A stretch of 64,000 nucleotides of DNA from Candidatus Bipolaricaulota bacterium (GCA_035528115.1 DATKZF010000002.1:5751-69750); one strand, 5' to 3'. Positions 8,940 through 17,960 are shown, counted from the first letter of the stretch. Program-made: numbers and translations. Notes: generated by a model from the sequence alone, not told the origin.

Positions 8940-10133
8940 ATGCAAATTATCAAAAAAATATTCAACGGTAAAACCAGCAAATCAGTGTTAACTATGGGCA
9001 TTGTTGCAACATTTCTCCAAATATCAATAGCCGCTTATGCTGTAATTAAGCCAATAAGTCTGAAGAGTGATTTAACACTTTTTTATGGGATTGTAGTTTT
9101 AGAGCTAATATTTTTCCCAATAAGTCTTTCAATAATTTTTTCTTACCTCCTAAATAAAGTTAAGTGGCTTGATAAAAAATCATTTCTGATCACATTCCTT
9201 GTTACGTCTTTATTTATTGTAACCGCTGTAATTTTGGGACAAATGGCTTGGGAACATATCATTCCTTGGGAATTTTGGCTTTTTTATAAATATATAGAAA
9301 TACCTCTAGTCTTTACAGGACTAATTGGCATTCCCTTGATTTATCTTTTGGGATATTCCGGTTGGACAGTTTTCACCTTTGTAATGATAATTGGAATATT
9401 TGTTACCGCTTTTTTGGTTGCTGCTCTTTATTCCTACACAACCCATCTTGCAATCAATAAGAAAAAACAATCTTTTAGAATAATCCTTACAGTAGCCCTC
9501 ATTTTATCTATTGGATGGGGGATATTTCAGGGAGTAAATGAAGCATATGTAAAAAGATTATCTCTAAAAGGTGAGTGTGCTGCAGGACTTAACTTTTACC
9601 AGTGTGACAATTACAGTAACCTTGGAAATAGTTACCACAGATTAAATGATGACATCTATTACAACCTAGGCTATGTAAACGCTGTAAAAATCGACGATGT
9701 CGACATTAATTCCTTTCAAGTGATCAATATCGATTCACTGCGTGTGTCAATTGCCAAAGATAAATACAGAGCATATGCCAATGGGGAAATAATACCAATA
9801 AACAATATTGATTCATGGAAAATCATGGAAGGAGTAGATAATTGGGGCTACTCATCAGACGATAAAAATGTATTTTTCGGAACAAATATTCTAGACGGTG
9901 CCAATCCAGAAAGTACATTTCTCATTGAAAACAGATATGCATGCAATAATGATTTTGTTTACTTTGGAGATAAAATTATTGAGGACGCAGATCCAAGCTC
10001 CTTTGTAACACTGAATTGTGGCGGCTACACAAAAGACGATAAATCATACTATTTTTATGGAGAAAAAATTATTGAGGATGAAACTGGATGCAGAGGTCAA
10101 GATATAATTGACAGCAAATGTGAAATAAAATGA
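8940..10133 (+). CDS. Multi-pass membrane protein with C-terminal DKNYY-like repeats
   Basis: About 6 TM segments then AKDKYRAY, SDDKNVFF, DADPSSF, KDDKSYYF repeats. Confidence 0.8.
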   Translation: MQIIKKIFNGKTSKSVLTMGIVATFLQISIAAYAVIKPISLKSDLTLFYGIVVLELIFFPISLSIIFSYLLNKVKWLDKKSFLITFLVTSLFIVTAVILGQMAWEHIIPWEFWLFYKYIEIPLVFTGLIGIPLIYLLGYSGWTVFTFVMIIGIFVTAFLVAALYSYTTHLAINKKKQSFRIILTVALILSIGWGIFQGVNEAYVKRLSLKGECAAGLNFYQCDNYSNLGNSYHRLNDDIYYNLGYVNAVKIDDVDINSFQVINIDSLRVSIAKDKYRAYANGEIIPINNIDSWKIMEGVDNWGYSSDDKNVFFGTNILDGANPESTFLIENRYACNNDFVYFGDKIIEDADPSSFVTLNCGGYTKDDKSYYFYGEKIIEDETGCRGQDIIDSKCEIK

Positions 10134-10154
10134 CAAGAGATTCGAGGCTACATC

Positions 10155-10239
10155 AGCTAACAGCGTATATCTGGCTACACTTCGTTTCGCCCATATTACT
10201 CCCTGCGGTCGCAACATCAGATATGCGCGAACGTTAGGT
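10155..10239 (+). repeat. attC-like site 8
   Basis: AGCTAAC-a-GCGTATATCTG ... CCCATAT[hairpin]ACAT-CAGATATGCGC-gaac-GTTAGGT. Confidence 0.85.
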
Positions 10240-10302
10240 GAAATATTTTTTGAAAATTTTTTAGATTTTTAGTATTTTTAATAGGCTTTAAGTAATATTA
10301 CT

Positions 10303-10746
10303 ATGAAGAAGGAAACTATTCGCCAAATTCAAAGAAAAGTTATTAGATTGTTGCGTAAAAACAATAATAAACCTCTTTATCTGTCATCAACAGACAATTG
10401 TAGTGAAATTGCACGGTTGGTTGGTTGTTGGATTTTTGACAAATTACCTCAGGCTAAAATATATATTTTAAAAGGTAAAAATATACTAGGCACAAAAAAA
10501 TGCCATGACATTTTAGCAGTAGAATACGACAAGCGCATTTCCCTTATCGATCCAACAGTGTGGCAATTTTTCAAGAATAAAAAGAGTATTCTTATTAAAA
10601 CAACAGACAATTTGACGAATGGTTTATTTGAAGCCAGCAAAATATATCGCAGCAAATGGAAAGTCTCAGAAATATTTAAAAAGAATAATTATAAAAATGA
10701 TGAACTTAAGAAAATTGTAGCTTCAAATATTAAGGACTTAAAATAA
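10303..10746 (+). CDS. Hypothetical protein, possible papain/transglutaminase-like Cys-His-Asp fold
   Basis: NCSE ... HDIL ... IDPTVWQF spacing; family assignment is inference. Confidence 0.7.
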   Translation: MKKETIRQIQRKVIRLLRKNNNKPLYLSSTDNCSEIARLVGCWIFDKLPQAKIYILKGKNILGTKKCHDILAVEYDKRISLIDPTVWQFFKNKKSILIKTTDNLTNGLFEASKIYRSKWKVSEIFKKNNYKNDELKKIVASNIKDLK

Positions 10747-10820
10747 AAAACGTTATAACACCAGAGAGAAAGCCTATCAAAAATCAAAATTAAGGAACAA
10801 AAATTTTCAAAAAATACAAC

Positions 10821-10832
10821 ACCTAACACGCA
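10821..10832 (+). repeat. Truncated attC-like site 9 (left end only)
   Basis: CACCTAAC-ACGCA complementary to cassette start GTTAGGTG, then abrupt junction into coding sequence. Confidence 0.65.
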
Positions 10833-11090
10833 CTTACCAATACAGTTGATATTTTGGATTTGTTTGATGCAGTTTTTTTGCTTCAAATTTCTGCCGATAC
10901 AATAAGAAAGAGATTGATTGAAAGAACAGAGGTAGGAGCATTCGGTAAATCGGATGATGAAATAGCTGATATCATGAGATGGAAAGATGAATTTGTCAAA
11001 ACAATGATAACGCGTGGCGCAATATCAATTGACGCAGAGAAGGGTGTAAACGAAGTTGTTGAGGAAATTTTATTAAGGAGATTAAAATAA
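10833..11090 (+). pseudogene. 5'-truncated nucleoside/nucleotide kinase-like gene fragment
   Basis: DLFDAVFLLQIS-DTIRKRL-ER and IDA--GV-EVV resemble the C-terminal half of small P-loop kinases; no start or P-loop. Confidence 0.6.
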
Positions 11091-11140
11091 TTTAACATTA
11101 GGCTGACTTATAGCAAAGCAGTCTTAATGCAAAAAAAAAT

Positions 11141-11695
11141 ATGAATAAACTCTATTTTATCAGCGGAGTGAATGGGGTGGGAAAAACCTCAATTATGCCT
11201 TTCCTAAAGACATTGTTGCCAAGTAATCAATTTGAAATACATGATTTTGATGAAAGAGGGGTACCGGAAAAGGCTGATGGTAATTGGCGTATTTCTGAAA
11301 CTAAACACTGGGTAGATTTAGGAGTAGGATTGGGATCAAGAGATAAAAACGTTATCGTTTGTGGATTTGTAAAACCCGCAGACTTTCAGGAAATGCTATC
11401 GGATGATTCACTTGGCATCACTTTGATTTTTCTCGATGCAAGTCCGGAAGTTATTCGTCAGCGTTTAACTGGTCGATATACAAAAGACGGTTATTTTGAT
11501 GAATCCCAAATGGTAATTGGCAAGCCAATTGATGTTTTTATTGATGGGAATATTTATATTTCAGGGCAAATGAAAAAAATATTTGAAGAATTAAATTGCT
11601 CAATCGTTGATACATCAAATTTAAGTCCAGAAGCAGTTGCAAGGCAAGTGGCTGAATTAATCCTAAATAATTTTAAAGTTTATATGGCCCCATAA
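11141..11695 (+). CDS. P-loop (AAA/NMP-kinase-like) protein
   Basis: ISGVNGVGKT Walker A, LDASPEVIRQRL, VDTSNLSPE. Confidence 0.85.
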   Translation: MNKLYFISGVNGVGKTSIMPFLKTLLPSNQFEIHDFDERGVPEKADGNWRISETKHWVDLGVGLGSRDKNVIVCGFVKPADFQEMLSDDSLGITLIFLDASPEVIRQRLTGRYTKDGYFDESQMVIGKPIDVFIDGNIYISGQMKKIFEELNCSIVDTSNLSPEAVARQVAELILNNFKVYMAP

Positions 11696-11823
11696 AGGTG
11701 TTTTGGGCTTCGGGCATTCACCCCTTTAATTCCCCTTTGCCTTTCGCCCAAAACAGAAAAAGAAATTTGAAAATTTTTTAAAACAATTCCGACTGCTGTC
11801 GGAAAAAAGAAAAGGAATACATC

Positions 11824-11926
11824 AGCTAACAACGAGTATCCGGTTACGGCTTTTATCCAAAAGCCTCCACCCAAATTTTTCTTCCGCTACGCTACAGAAA
11901 AACTTCGGATACTCGTAACGTTAGGC
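11824..11926 (+). repeat. attC-like site 10
   Basis: AGCTAAC-a-ACGAGTATCCG ... CCAAAT[hairpin]ACTT-CGGATACTCGT-aac-GTTAGGC. Confidence 0.85.
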
Positions 11927-11950
11927 GAAATAACACAATAAACATCTCTT

Positions 11951-12268
11951 ATGAAAAAGTTGAAATTTATTCTAAGCATAATTTTTTTAGCTTTCATTGC
12001 AATTTCAATAATTTCTTACAATTATTATTCGTTAATAGATAATCAATCGAACCATACGGGGTTAGATTTAATGAAAGTTAAAATATTCTATCTAGGATTT
12101 TCATTAATTGCGATTGTTGTAGCGCTAATAATAAAATCAAATAAAAAAGCTAAAAAAAATTTCATTATTTCCAGTATATTAGGATTAGTTTTCATTTTTA
12201 ACATTTGGATATTCGAAAAAACAGAAATTATGTTGTATTACGAAGATTGGGTTACCTGCTGCATGTAA
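11951..12268 (+). CDS. Small membrane protein (cassette)
   Basis: Three hydrophobic helices. Confidence 0.75.
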   Translation: MKKLKFILSIIFLAFIAISIISYNYYSLIDNQSNHTGLDLMKVKIFYLGFSLIAIVVALIIKSNKKAKKNFIISSILGLVFIFNIWIFEKTEIMLYYEDWVTCCM

Positions 12269-12285
12269 AATTATTGTGTTTCATC

Positions 12286-12391
12286 GCCTAACAGCGTATA
12301 AACGGTTCCATTCGTTCACCCAAATTGACCAGTGATAAGCCTTCGGCTAGTATATCACAGGCCAACTTCGTTTATGCGCCGGACGTTACGC
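12286..12391 (+). repeat. attC-like site 11
   Basis: GCCTAAC-a-GCGTATAAACG ... CCAAAT[hairpin]ACTT-CGTTTATGCGC-cggac-GTTACGC. Confidence 0.8.
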
Positions 12392-12416
12392 AAAATTCAA
12401 ATAACCCAAAATTATT

Positions 12417-13088
12417 ATGAAAAAACCACATTACCTTTCACCAGTTAGTAAAATATTTTCAGCTATCGCTGGCAGGACGGAACCAATGAAAGTAAGGATT
12501 GAAAATTATAATTTCGTAGTATTACCAAAAGTATTTCCATCTCATGAATTTAGAGCAGCAAAATGTCTCCCAAAAAGTATTAAAGAAATAATAAAAAACA
12601 AAACAGTACTATATATGGGTTGTGGTTTTGGTATGGTGGGTATTTATTCATTACATCATGGTGCGACAAAAGTTATACTAGCAGACATTAACCCGTATGC
12701 TGTTGAAAATGCAGAAATAAATAAAAAGTCACACAAATTCAGTGATGATCAAATAATGATTTACGAGAGTGATTGTTTTGATAATATCCCAAAACAGACA
12801 TTTGATGTATTAATATTCAACCCACCGTTTAATACTAATGGTAAACCTACAAGCGACGTATTAAGAAAATCTCTATGGGATCCGGGTTTTACTTCATTAA
12901 AAAAGTTCCTGGGAAGTGCCAAGGACTATATGAATATTAGCAGTAAACTCCTGATATACTACTCAGACAGAGGTGATATTAAAACGTTGGAAAAATTATT
13001 TGGTCAATATTTGTATAGATGGAAGCTTTGGAAAGTGTTCAATAAAGACCAAAAATTTGACAATAGGATCTATGTTCTTATTAAATAA
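12417..13088 (+). CDS. Class I SAM-dependent methyltransferase (HemK/MTS-like)
   Basis: VLYMGCGFG motif I, ADINPYAVENA, FNPPF. Confidence 0.85.
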   Translation: MKKPHYLSPVSKIFSAIAGRTEPMKVRIENYNFVVLPKVFPSHEFRAAKCLPKSIKEIIKNKTVLYMGCGFGMVGIYSLHHGATKVILADINPYAVENAEINKKSHKFSDDQIMIYESDCFDNIPKQTFDVLIFNPPFNTNGKPTSDVLRKSLWDPGFTSLKKFLGSAKDYMNISSKLLIYYSDRGDIKTLEKLFGQYLYRWKLWKVFNKDQKFDNRIYVLIK

Positions 13089-13126
13089 AATTATATTGGT
13101 AAATCCTATTAGGTTTTTTGAACTTC

Positions 13127-13250
13127 GTCTAACACGGCGTACACGATATTCCCTCGTTCACTCCGGTGGCCACTCGCTAGTCAGTCTCTCCGGCCGCGAG
13201 TGTACCACCTCCGTTCGCTCGGGACATCGCGTGACGCCGGAACGTTGCAC
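13127..13250 (+). repeat. attC-like site 12 (last in array, divergent)
   Basis: GTCTAAC-a-CGGCGT..ACGAT ... ATCG..ACGCCG-gaac-GTTGCAC. Confidence 0.7.
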
Positions 13251-13418
13251 AAAATCGCTCGCTCCGCCTGCCGGCAGGCAGGCAGGCTCGTTTTTTTTTA
13301 ATTGCCAAAAACCGCATATATTGATAAAATTCAATTGGAGTTTGATGCCGGTTGCGAATCATTTCAATAAAAATGCTTTTAGAGAGCGCACAAGCAAAAG
13401 CGCCAAAGGAGGACGATC

Positions 13419-13625
13419 ATGGGCTTTGGGACCAGACTGCCGACGAGCAACGACCCGCCGCCATCAGCTAAGGGCAAGAGTCCGTGGCTCGGGGCAAACG
13501 AAGAATTTGGCCTTGACGAATTCTGCCTTGTGATCAACCGCAAAACAAGGCAATGCGAGGGTTGCAAACGAATAACTCATGTTCGTCACCTGGACGCCAA
13601 TGGAAGATGCCCTGACTGCCGATGA
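13419..13625 (+). CDS. Small Zn-ribbon-like orphan protein (68 aa)
   Basis: SD AGGAGG; promoter TTGCCA-17-TAAAAT (13302-13330); CEGC...CPDC. Confidence 0.7.
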   Translation: MGFGTRLPTSNDPPPSAKGKSPWLGANEEFGLDEFCLVINRKTRQCEGCKRITHVRHLDANGRCPDCR

Positions 13626-13639
13626 CAAGGAGGATTCTC

Positions 13640-13670
13640 CAGCAGGGATTTCGCAACGAAATCCCTGCTG
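13640..13670. terminator. Terminator-like hairpin
   Basis: CAGCAGGGATTTCG-caa-CGAAATCCCTGCTG perfect stem. Confidence 0.6.
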
Positions 13671-13707
13671 TCTAAAAACATTTTCATTAGAGATAAATTT
13701 CAATAAT

Positions 13708-14127
13708 ATGCGCTTCATGATCTGCGGGAGCATGCATTTTGCCAAAGAAATGCTTGAGGCTCAAAAAAGTTTGCAGGGACTGGGACATGACGCCAAAATT
13801 CCTTCAGACACGCTTGAGTGTTTGGAAAATCCCGAGCTGAACATGGATTTTGATTATTGCGTCAGAACTCAAATCGATAAAAAGGATTTTCAGCAAGTGG
13901 CTGACAGCGACGCGATTTTGGTTTTGAATTATCCGAAAAACGGCATCAAAGGCTACATCGGTGGAGCAACCTTGATGGAAATCGGCCTGGCCAGGCACTT
14001 GGGCAAAAAAATCTTTTTACTGCATGACATCCCTTCGGAAGACGAACTAAGATACGCGCTTGAAGTGCGCCTCACCTCCCCCGTTGTCTTGGGAGGCGAT
14101 ATCAAAAAAATAAATCAATTTATCTAA
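13708..14127 (+). CDS. Nucleoside 2-deoxyribosyltransferase-like protein
   Basis: ICGSM, SDAILVLN, YIGGATLMEIGLA motifs; start moved to ATG 13708. Confidence 0.7.
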   Translation: MRFMICGSMHFAKEMLEAQKSLQGLGHDAKIPSDTLECLENPELNMDFDYCVRTQIDKKDFQQVADSDAILVLNYPKNGIKGYIGGATLMEIGLARHLGKKIFLLHDIPSEDELRYALEVRLTSPVVLGGDIKKINQFI

Positions 14128-14134
14128 AAACAAT

Positions 14135-14548
14135 ATGACCGAAAGACCCAAAGTCGGAGTCGGAGTAATCATCATCAAAGACGACAAAGTTCTTCTCGGC
14201 AAAAGAAAAGGCGCGCTCGGCCAATGCACTTGGTGTTTCCCGGGCGGGCATTTGGAATACGGCGAATCTTGGCAGGAATGCGCCAAGCGCGAAACCATGG
14301 AGGAAACCGGCATTAACATAAAAAACATTCGCTTCGCTTCAACCACCAATGATATTTTTCAATCGGAAGGCAAGCATTACATTACCATTTTCATGGTGTC
14401 CGATTTTGATTCGGGGGAAGTTAAGGTGATGGAGCCCGAGAAATGCGAGGGATGGGAGTGGTTCGAATGGGATCAATTGCCCGAGCCGCTTTTTCTGGCC
14501 GTTAAAAATTTACTTGAAATCGGCTTTAATCCGTTCGATGAGAAATAA
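14135..14548 (+). CDS. NUDIX hydrolase (NUDT15/MTH2-like)
   Basis: PGGHLEYGESWQECAKRETMEETG Nudix box, EPEKCEGWEW. Confidence 0.92.
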   Translation: MTERPKVGVGVIIIKDDKVLLGKRKGALGQCTWCFPGGHLEYGESWQECAKRETMEETGINIKNIRFASTTNDIFQSEGKHYITIFMVSDFDSGEVKVMEPEKCEGWEWFEWDQLPEPLFLAVKNLLEIGFNPFDEK

Positions 14549-14621
14549 AACAACGGCCAAAGCCTTCGTGACTGATAAAAACAAATTAAAATAAAAGCCA
14601 ACAATCCATAACAAAAAACTT

Positions 14622-15152
14622 ATGCGAACAAAAAAAATCTTTTTATCCACGCTTTTTTTATGCTTGATTATGTTAACCGGTTGCAACGCCTCGGACACCG
14701 ATGAATCCGAAACGACAAAAACCGACATGGGAGAATTTTTCAATGAGTATTGCGACATTTACGTCAATAAATTTCAAGCCAGGGACTTGGAAAGTTATGG
14801 CATAAAAATCACCGATAATATGGGCTATGGGTATTACAATACCATAGATGAGTGCGTCAAAGAGCTGCTGACAATAGACAACCAAGCCGCGGACGCTTGC
14901 TCTCTGTATGCCAAAACCAACGGACTGGATTGCGACAAGGCCGGACAAACGCGCCAAGAAAATTATAAAAAAAACATGACCAAAGATGGCTGCGTTCAAA
15001 ACGGCAAAAATAACCGTTGCGCTTTGTTCGACACCTCTCAACCTCAATGGAGCGGGGCCGACACCGCGCAAATATCGGACGCCAACGTCAAATACACGGA
15101 TTGCTTGCAAAAAGTAGACTATGCTTGCGGCGGACTGCCGGAATCCTGGTAA
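14622..15152 (+). CDS. Cys-containing lipoprotein
   Basis: Signal peptide with LTGC lipobox; 8 further Cys in mature part. Confidence 0.8.
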   Translation: MRTKKIFLSTLFLCLIMLTGCNASDTDESETTKTDMGEFFNEYCDIYVNKFQARDLESYGIKITDNMGYGYYNTIDECVKELLTIDNQAADACSLYAKTNGLDCDKAGQTRQENYKKNMTKDGCVQNGKNNRCALFDTSQPQWSGADTAQISDANVKYTDCLQKVDYACGGLPESW

Positions 15153-15217
15153 TTGCTTTTAGCGGCATCGTTTGCGAAAAAACGCCACCGGGGATAAAAT
15201 GAAAAGCATCAATATTT

Positions 15218-15764
15218 ATGAAAAAATTATTATATTTAATTATAATCTGCGTGTTTGTTTTGATTCCTTCAATTTCTTGGGCTCAAACCGATTCCGGCCA
15301 AGCGAGCGAACAAATCTTCAAAGCCCAGGTGACCGAAATTTTGGATCAGCAAACGTTCACCAGAGACGACGGCTCGGTTTCCGAGCGACAAAAAATCAAA
15401 CTGGTCGGACTTGAAGGCGAATGGAAAAACAAAACCATAATTTTTGACGGCACCTAATTTGATGTTTTATCCAATGCCAAATACGCGATCGGCGATAAAG
15501 TCTTGGTCAATTACAGCGTCGGACAGGGAGGCGAAGAAAATTTTTACGTGTTCGGGTTTTCCCGCACGGCCGCCATTTACTGGCTCGCTTTGTTATTCGC
15601 GATTATCGTCAATGTTGTTTACGATCAAACAACAGCCTTTTTTAACCTTTCAGCAAGTCTTGGACAGCGAAATGATCGCCGAAGAAGTGGTTAGAACTTT
15701 CACGGGTAGCATCGGTTTGGTGTTGGCCGTGCAATTCATTAAGGTTTTAAAAACCGATAAATAA
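15218..15764 (+). pseudogene. YibE/F-family membrane protein remnant
   Basis: N-terminal part interrupted by TAA at 15455-15457; jumps to C-terminal SEMIAEEVVRTFTGSIGLVLAV in another frame (large deletion). Confidence 0.7.
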
Positions 15765-15852
15765 CTGAACCAGCAAGGCTTTAATATTGCCCTCTCCCCC
15801 ATTTTCTACTATACTGGAAGCAATGAACGCGAAAAATTCGCCTTAAAATCCT

Positions 15853-16557
15853 ATGCTTTCCATCATTATCCCCACCTTAAACGAAGAAGAACGCCTGCCC
15901 AGATTACTTGACTGCCTCAAATCTCAAAAGCCGGAAGACTGCGAAATCATAGTTTCTGACGGACAGTCGAAAGATCGTACCGTGGAAACAGCCAACCGAT
16001 TCGGCTGCCGCACAGTGGTCAATCCGCCGAAAAACCCGGCAAGGCAAAGAAATGAAGGCGCGAAAATAGCCCGCGGAAATTTGCTTTTATTCCTTGACGC
16101 GGACACGCTCTTGCCCGATCATTTCCTTGAAAACGTTTTAAAAGAATTCGAAGATCGGCGGCTTGACGTGGCCGGTTTTTATTTTAAATTTCATTCGGAC
16201 AAATTGAAATATAGAATCGCTTCCTCTTGGTGGAAATACAATTTCTGGATGTTTCACTTTTTTTACCCCATGTCAATCGGCGCGGCTATTTTGGCGGACA
16301 AGTCATTCCACGAAAAGACGGGCGGCTTCGACGAGTCGCTTTACATCGGAGAAGATCATTTTTATTCTAAAAAAATAAAAAAGGCCGGTGGTAAATACGG
16401 CTTGATAAAATCAGACACGATAATTTATTCGACTCGAAGATTTGAAAAAGAAGGATTTTTGAAGGTTAATCTGAAATGGTACATCGCGTCAATAAATTAT
16501 CTGATTTTCGGACACCGAATGAAAAAAATCGTCAAATACGAATTCAACAATAGGTAA
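15853..16557 (+). CDS. Glycosyltransferase family 2
   Basis: LSIIIPTLNEE, DGQSKD, LFLDAD, GGFDE...GED. Confidence 0.92.
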   Translation: MLSIIIPTLNEEERLPRLLDCLKSQKPEDCEIIVSDGQSKDRTVETANRFGCRTVVNPPKNPARQRNEGAKIARGNLLLFLDADTLLPDHFLENVLKEFEDRRLDVAGFYFKFHSDKLKYRIASSWWKYNFWMFHFFYPMSIGAAILADKSFHEKTGGFDESLYIGEDHFYSKKIKKAGGKYGLIKSDTIIYSTRRFEKEGFLKVNLKWYIASINYLIFGHRMKKIVKYEFNNR

Positions 16558-16627
16558 TCCCTGTTTTAAAATGAAAAAAGTCTGCCGGTGCAGCAGACGG
16601 GGTGAAAAGGTTGGAGTGTTGCTTGGT

Positions 16628-16831
16628 TCATGCCGCCCTCATCGTTGTGAGGTAGCGCAGACCTTCATCAGTAGCGAGAGCTCTGAGCCCGAGCCGCTTG
16701 AGCATGCCTAAAGTCACCTCCTTGGCTTCGTCTTTTCTCGTAATATCGAGAATTCGCTTGAAACCGGCAGGCCCGAAACGCCGTCTCAGGACTTCGATCT
16801 CGCGATCGAAATCATCGCAGTGAGCGCTCAT
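16628..16831 (-). CDS. Small hypothetical protein
   Basis: SD AAAGGAG upstream; GC-richer than neighbours. Confidence 0.65.
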   Translation of the reverse strand: MSAHCDDFDREIEVLRRRFGPAGFKRILDITRKDEAKEVTLGMLKRLGLRALATDEGLRYLTTMRAA

Positions 16832-16864
16832 GACTCGGTCTCCTTTCCTCTGAAAATATGTAAA

Positions 16865-17197
16865 CTACTTATTGCTGGCGATGAAGTCATCGATCATCTT
16901 ACGGAATGAATCGTCTCCTTCCAAATCGAGGAACATTTTGTCTTTTTCTTCTCGAGGAAGAGTGCTGCCGATGGCCACGTGATACATCAAACATTCATTG
17001 AGTTTCGGCTGTCCGTGCTTGCTCCTCATCTTATTGACCTGCGCAACCATCGTATCGTAGAATTCCAGCACCAGATCGGAATCGTGATCATCCGTCAACT
17101 CCTGAAGTTTGCGCCGATAAATCCGCTCCTGCTCCAACATCTGCTCCGCCACGGCTCTGCCCTCCCCGCTTCCGCTTTGTCCTTCGATTATCGGCAT
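16865..17197 (-). CDS. Hypothetical protein
   Basis: 110-aa ORF with plausible composition. Confidence 0.7.
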   Translation of the reverse strand: MPIIEGQSGSGEGRAVAEQMLEQERIYRRKLQELTDDHDSDLVLEFYDTMVAQVNKMRSKHGQPKLNECLMYHVAIGSTLPREEKDKMFLDLEGDDSFRKMIDDFIASNK

Positions 17198-17287
17198 AAA
17201 ATAAATAGGTATCTTATTTCTCCTACCTTTATTTTACCGGACCTGGCATATTAAAGCAATATTCACCTTATTGTCAAATTTCCAAAT

Positions 17288-17884
17288 ATGTTCAAATGGA
17301 TACTCTTTGACCAAGCCAATGTCTTAACGCACCATGTTTTTACCACCAAACCGCTTTATTGCGCTGACAATCAGTGCTTTCCGGCCAAAGATTTGGAAAA
17401 AATTTATTACAGCCCCGAATTCTCCGCTTTCGAACTGGGTAAATTGGATTCGACCGCTCTGATCGATTCTTTTTTAAAACAACACAAAATCTGTCTGACC
17501 GTTCAAGGCTATAAAAAAATTTATCGGGAAAGCATTGAGCCGATCTTCGGCATGAAGGAAATAATCGAAAAATTAAAACAAAATTTCAGATTGGCGACTT
17601 TAATCAATGAAGGCGCCGAATGGGCGGAGCATAAATTCGAAGCCATGGGGTATAAACATTTTTTTGAACGAAATATCATCTCCGGCGATTTGGGAATGGT
17701 CAAGCCGGATGAAAGAATTTATAAAAAAGCTTTGGAGATAATCAATGCCGCGCCGGACGAATGCCTTTTCATCGACGATTTGGAGAAAAATTGCCGCGGC
17801 GCGGAAAACGTCGGCATAAAAGCCATTATGTTCATCAGTCCTGAGCAATTAACCAGGGAACTTGAAAAACTTTCAGTAATTTAA
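17288..17884 (+). CDS. HAD-family phosphatase
   Basis: ILFDQANVL, KPDERIY, FIDDLEKN. Confidence 0.88.
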   Translation: MFKWILFDQANVLTHHVFTTKPLYCADNQCFPAKDLEKIYYSPEFSAFELGKLDSTALIDSFLKQHKICLTVQGYKKIYRESIEPIFGMKEIIEKLKQNFRLATLINEGAEWAEHKFEAMGYKHFFERNIISGDLGMVKPDERIYKKALEIINAAPDECLFIDDLEKNCRGAENVGIKAIMFISPEQLTRELEKLSVI

Positions 17885-17887
17885 AAA

Positions 17888-17950
17888 CAAAAACGCCCAG
17901 CACCTTTTTGAAAGATAATTCATTTTTCAAAAAGGTGCTGGGCGTTTTTT
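17888..17950. terminator. Long bidirectional terminator between convergent genes
   Basis: AAAAACGCCCAGCACCTTTTTGAAA / TTTCAAAAAGGTGCTGGGCGTTTTT stem. Confidence 0.8.
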
Positions 17951-17960
17951 ATCGTTGATT

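Larger units (their letters stand above)
61..13250 (+). mobile_element. Integron-like gene-cassette array (attC-like sites, no integrase in window)
   Basis: 12 sites beginning xxxTAAC/CAAC, 11 of them ending GTTxxxx with paired inner arms, separating 1-2 unrelated genes that are mostly on + strand. Confidence 0.85.

Noticed and set aside
61-13250. CRISPR array interpretation of the recurring intergenic elements
   Set aside because: Elements are not identical direct repeats, are separated by whole genes, and no cas genes are present.
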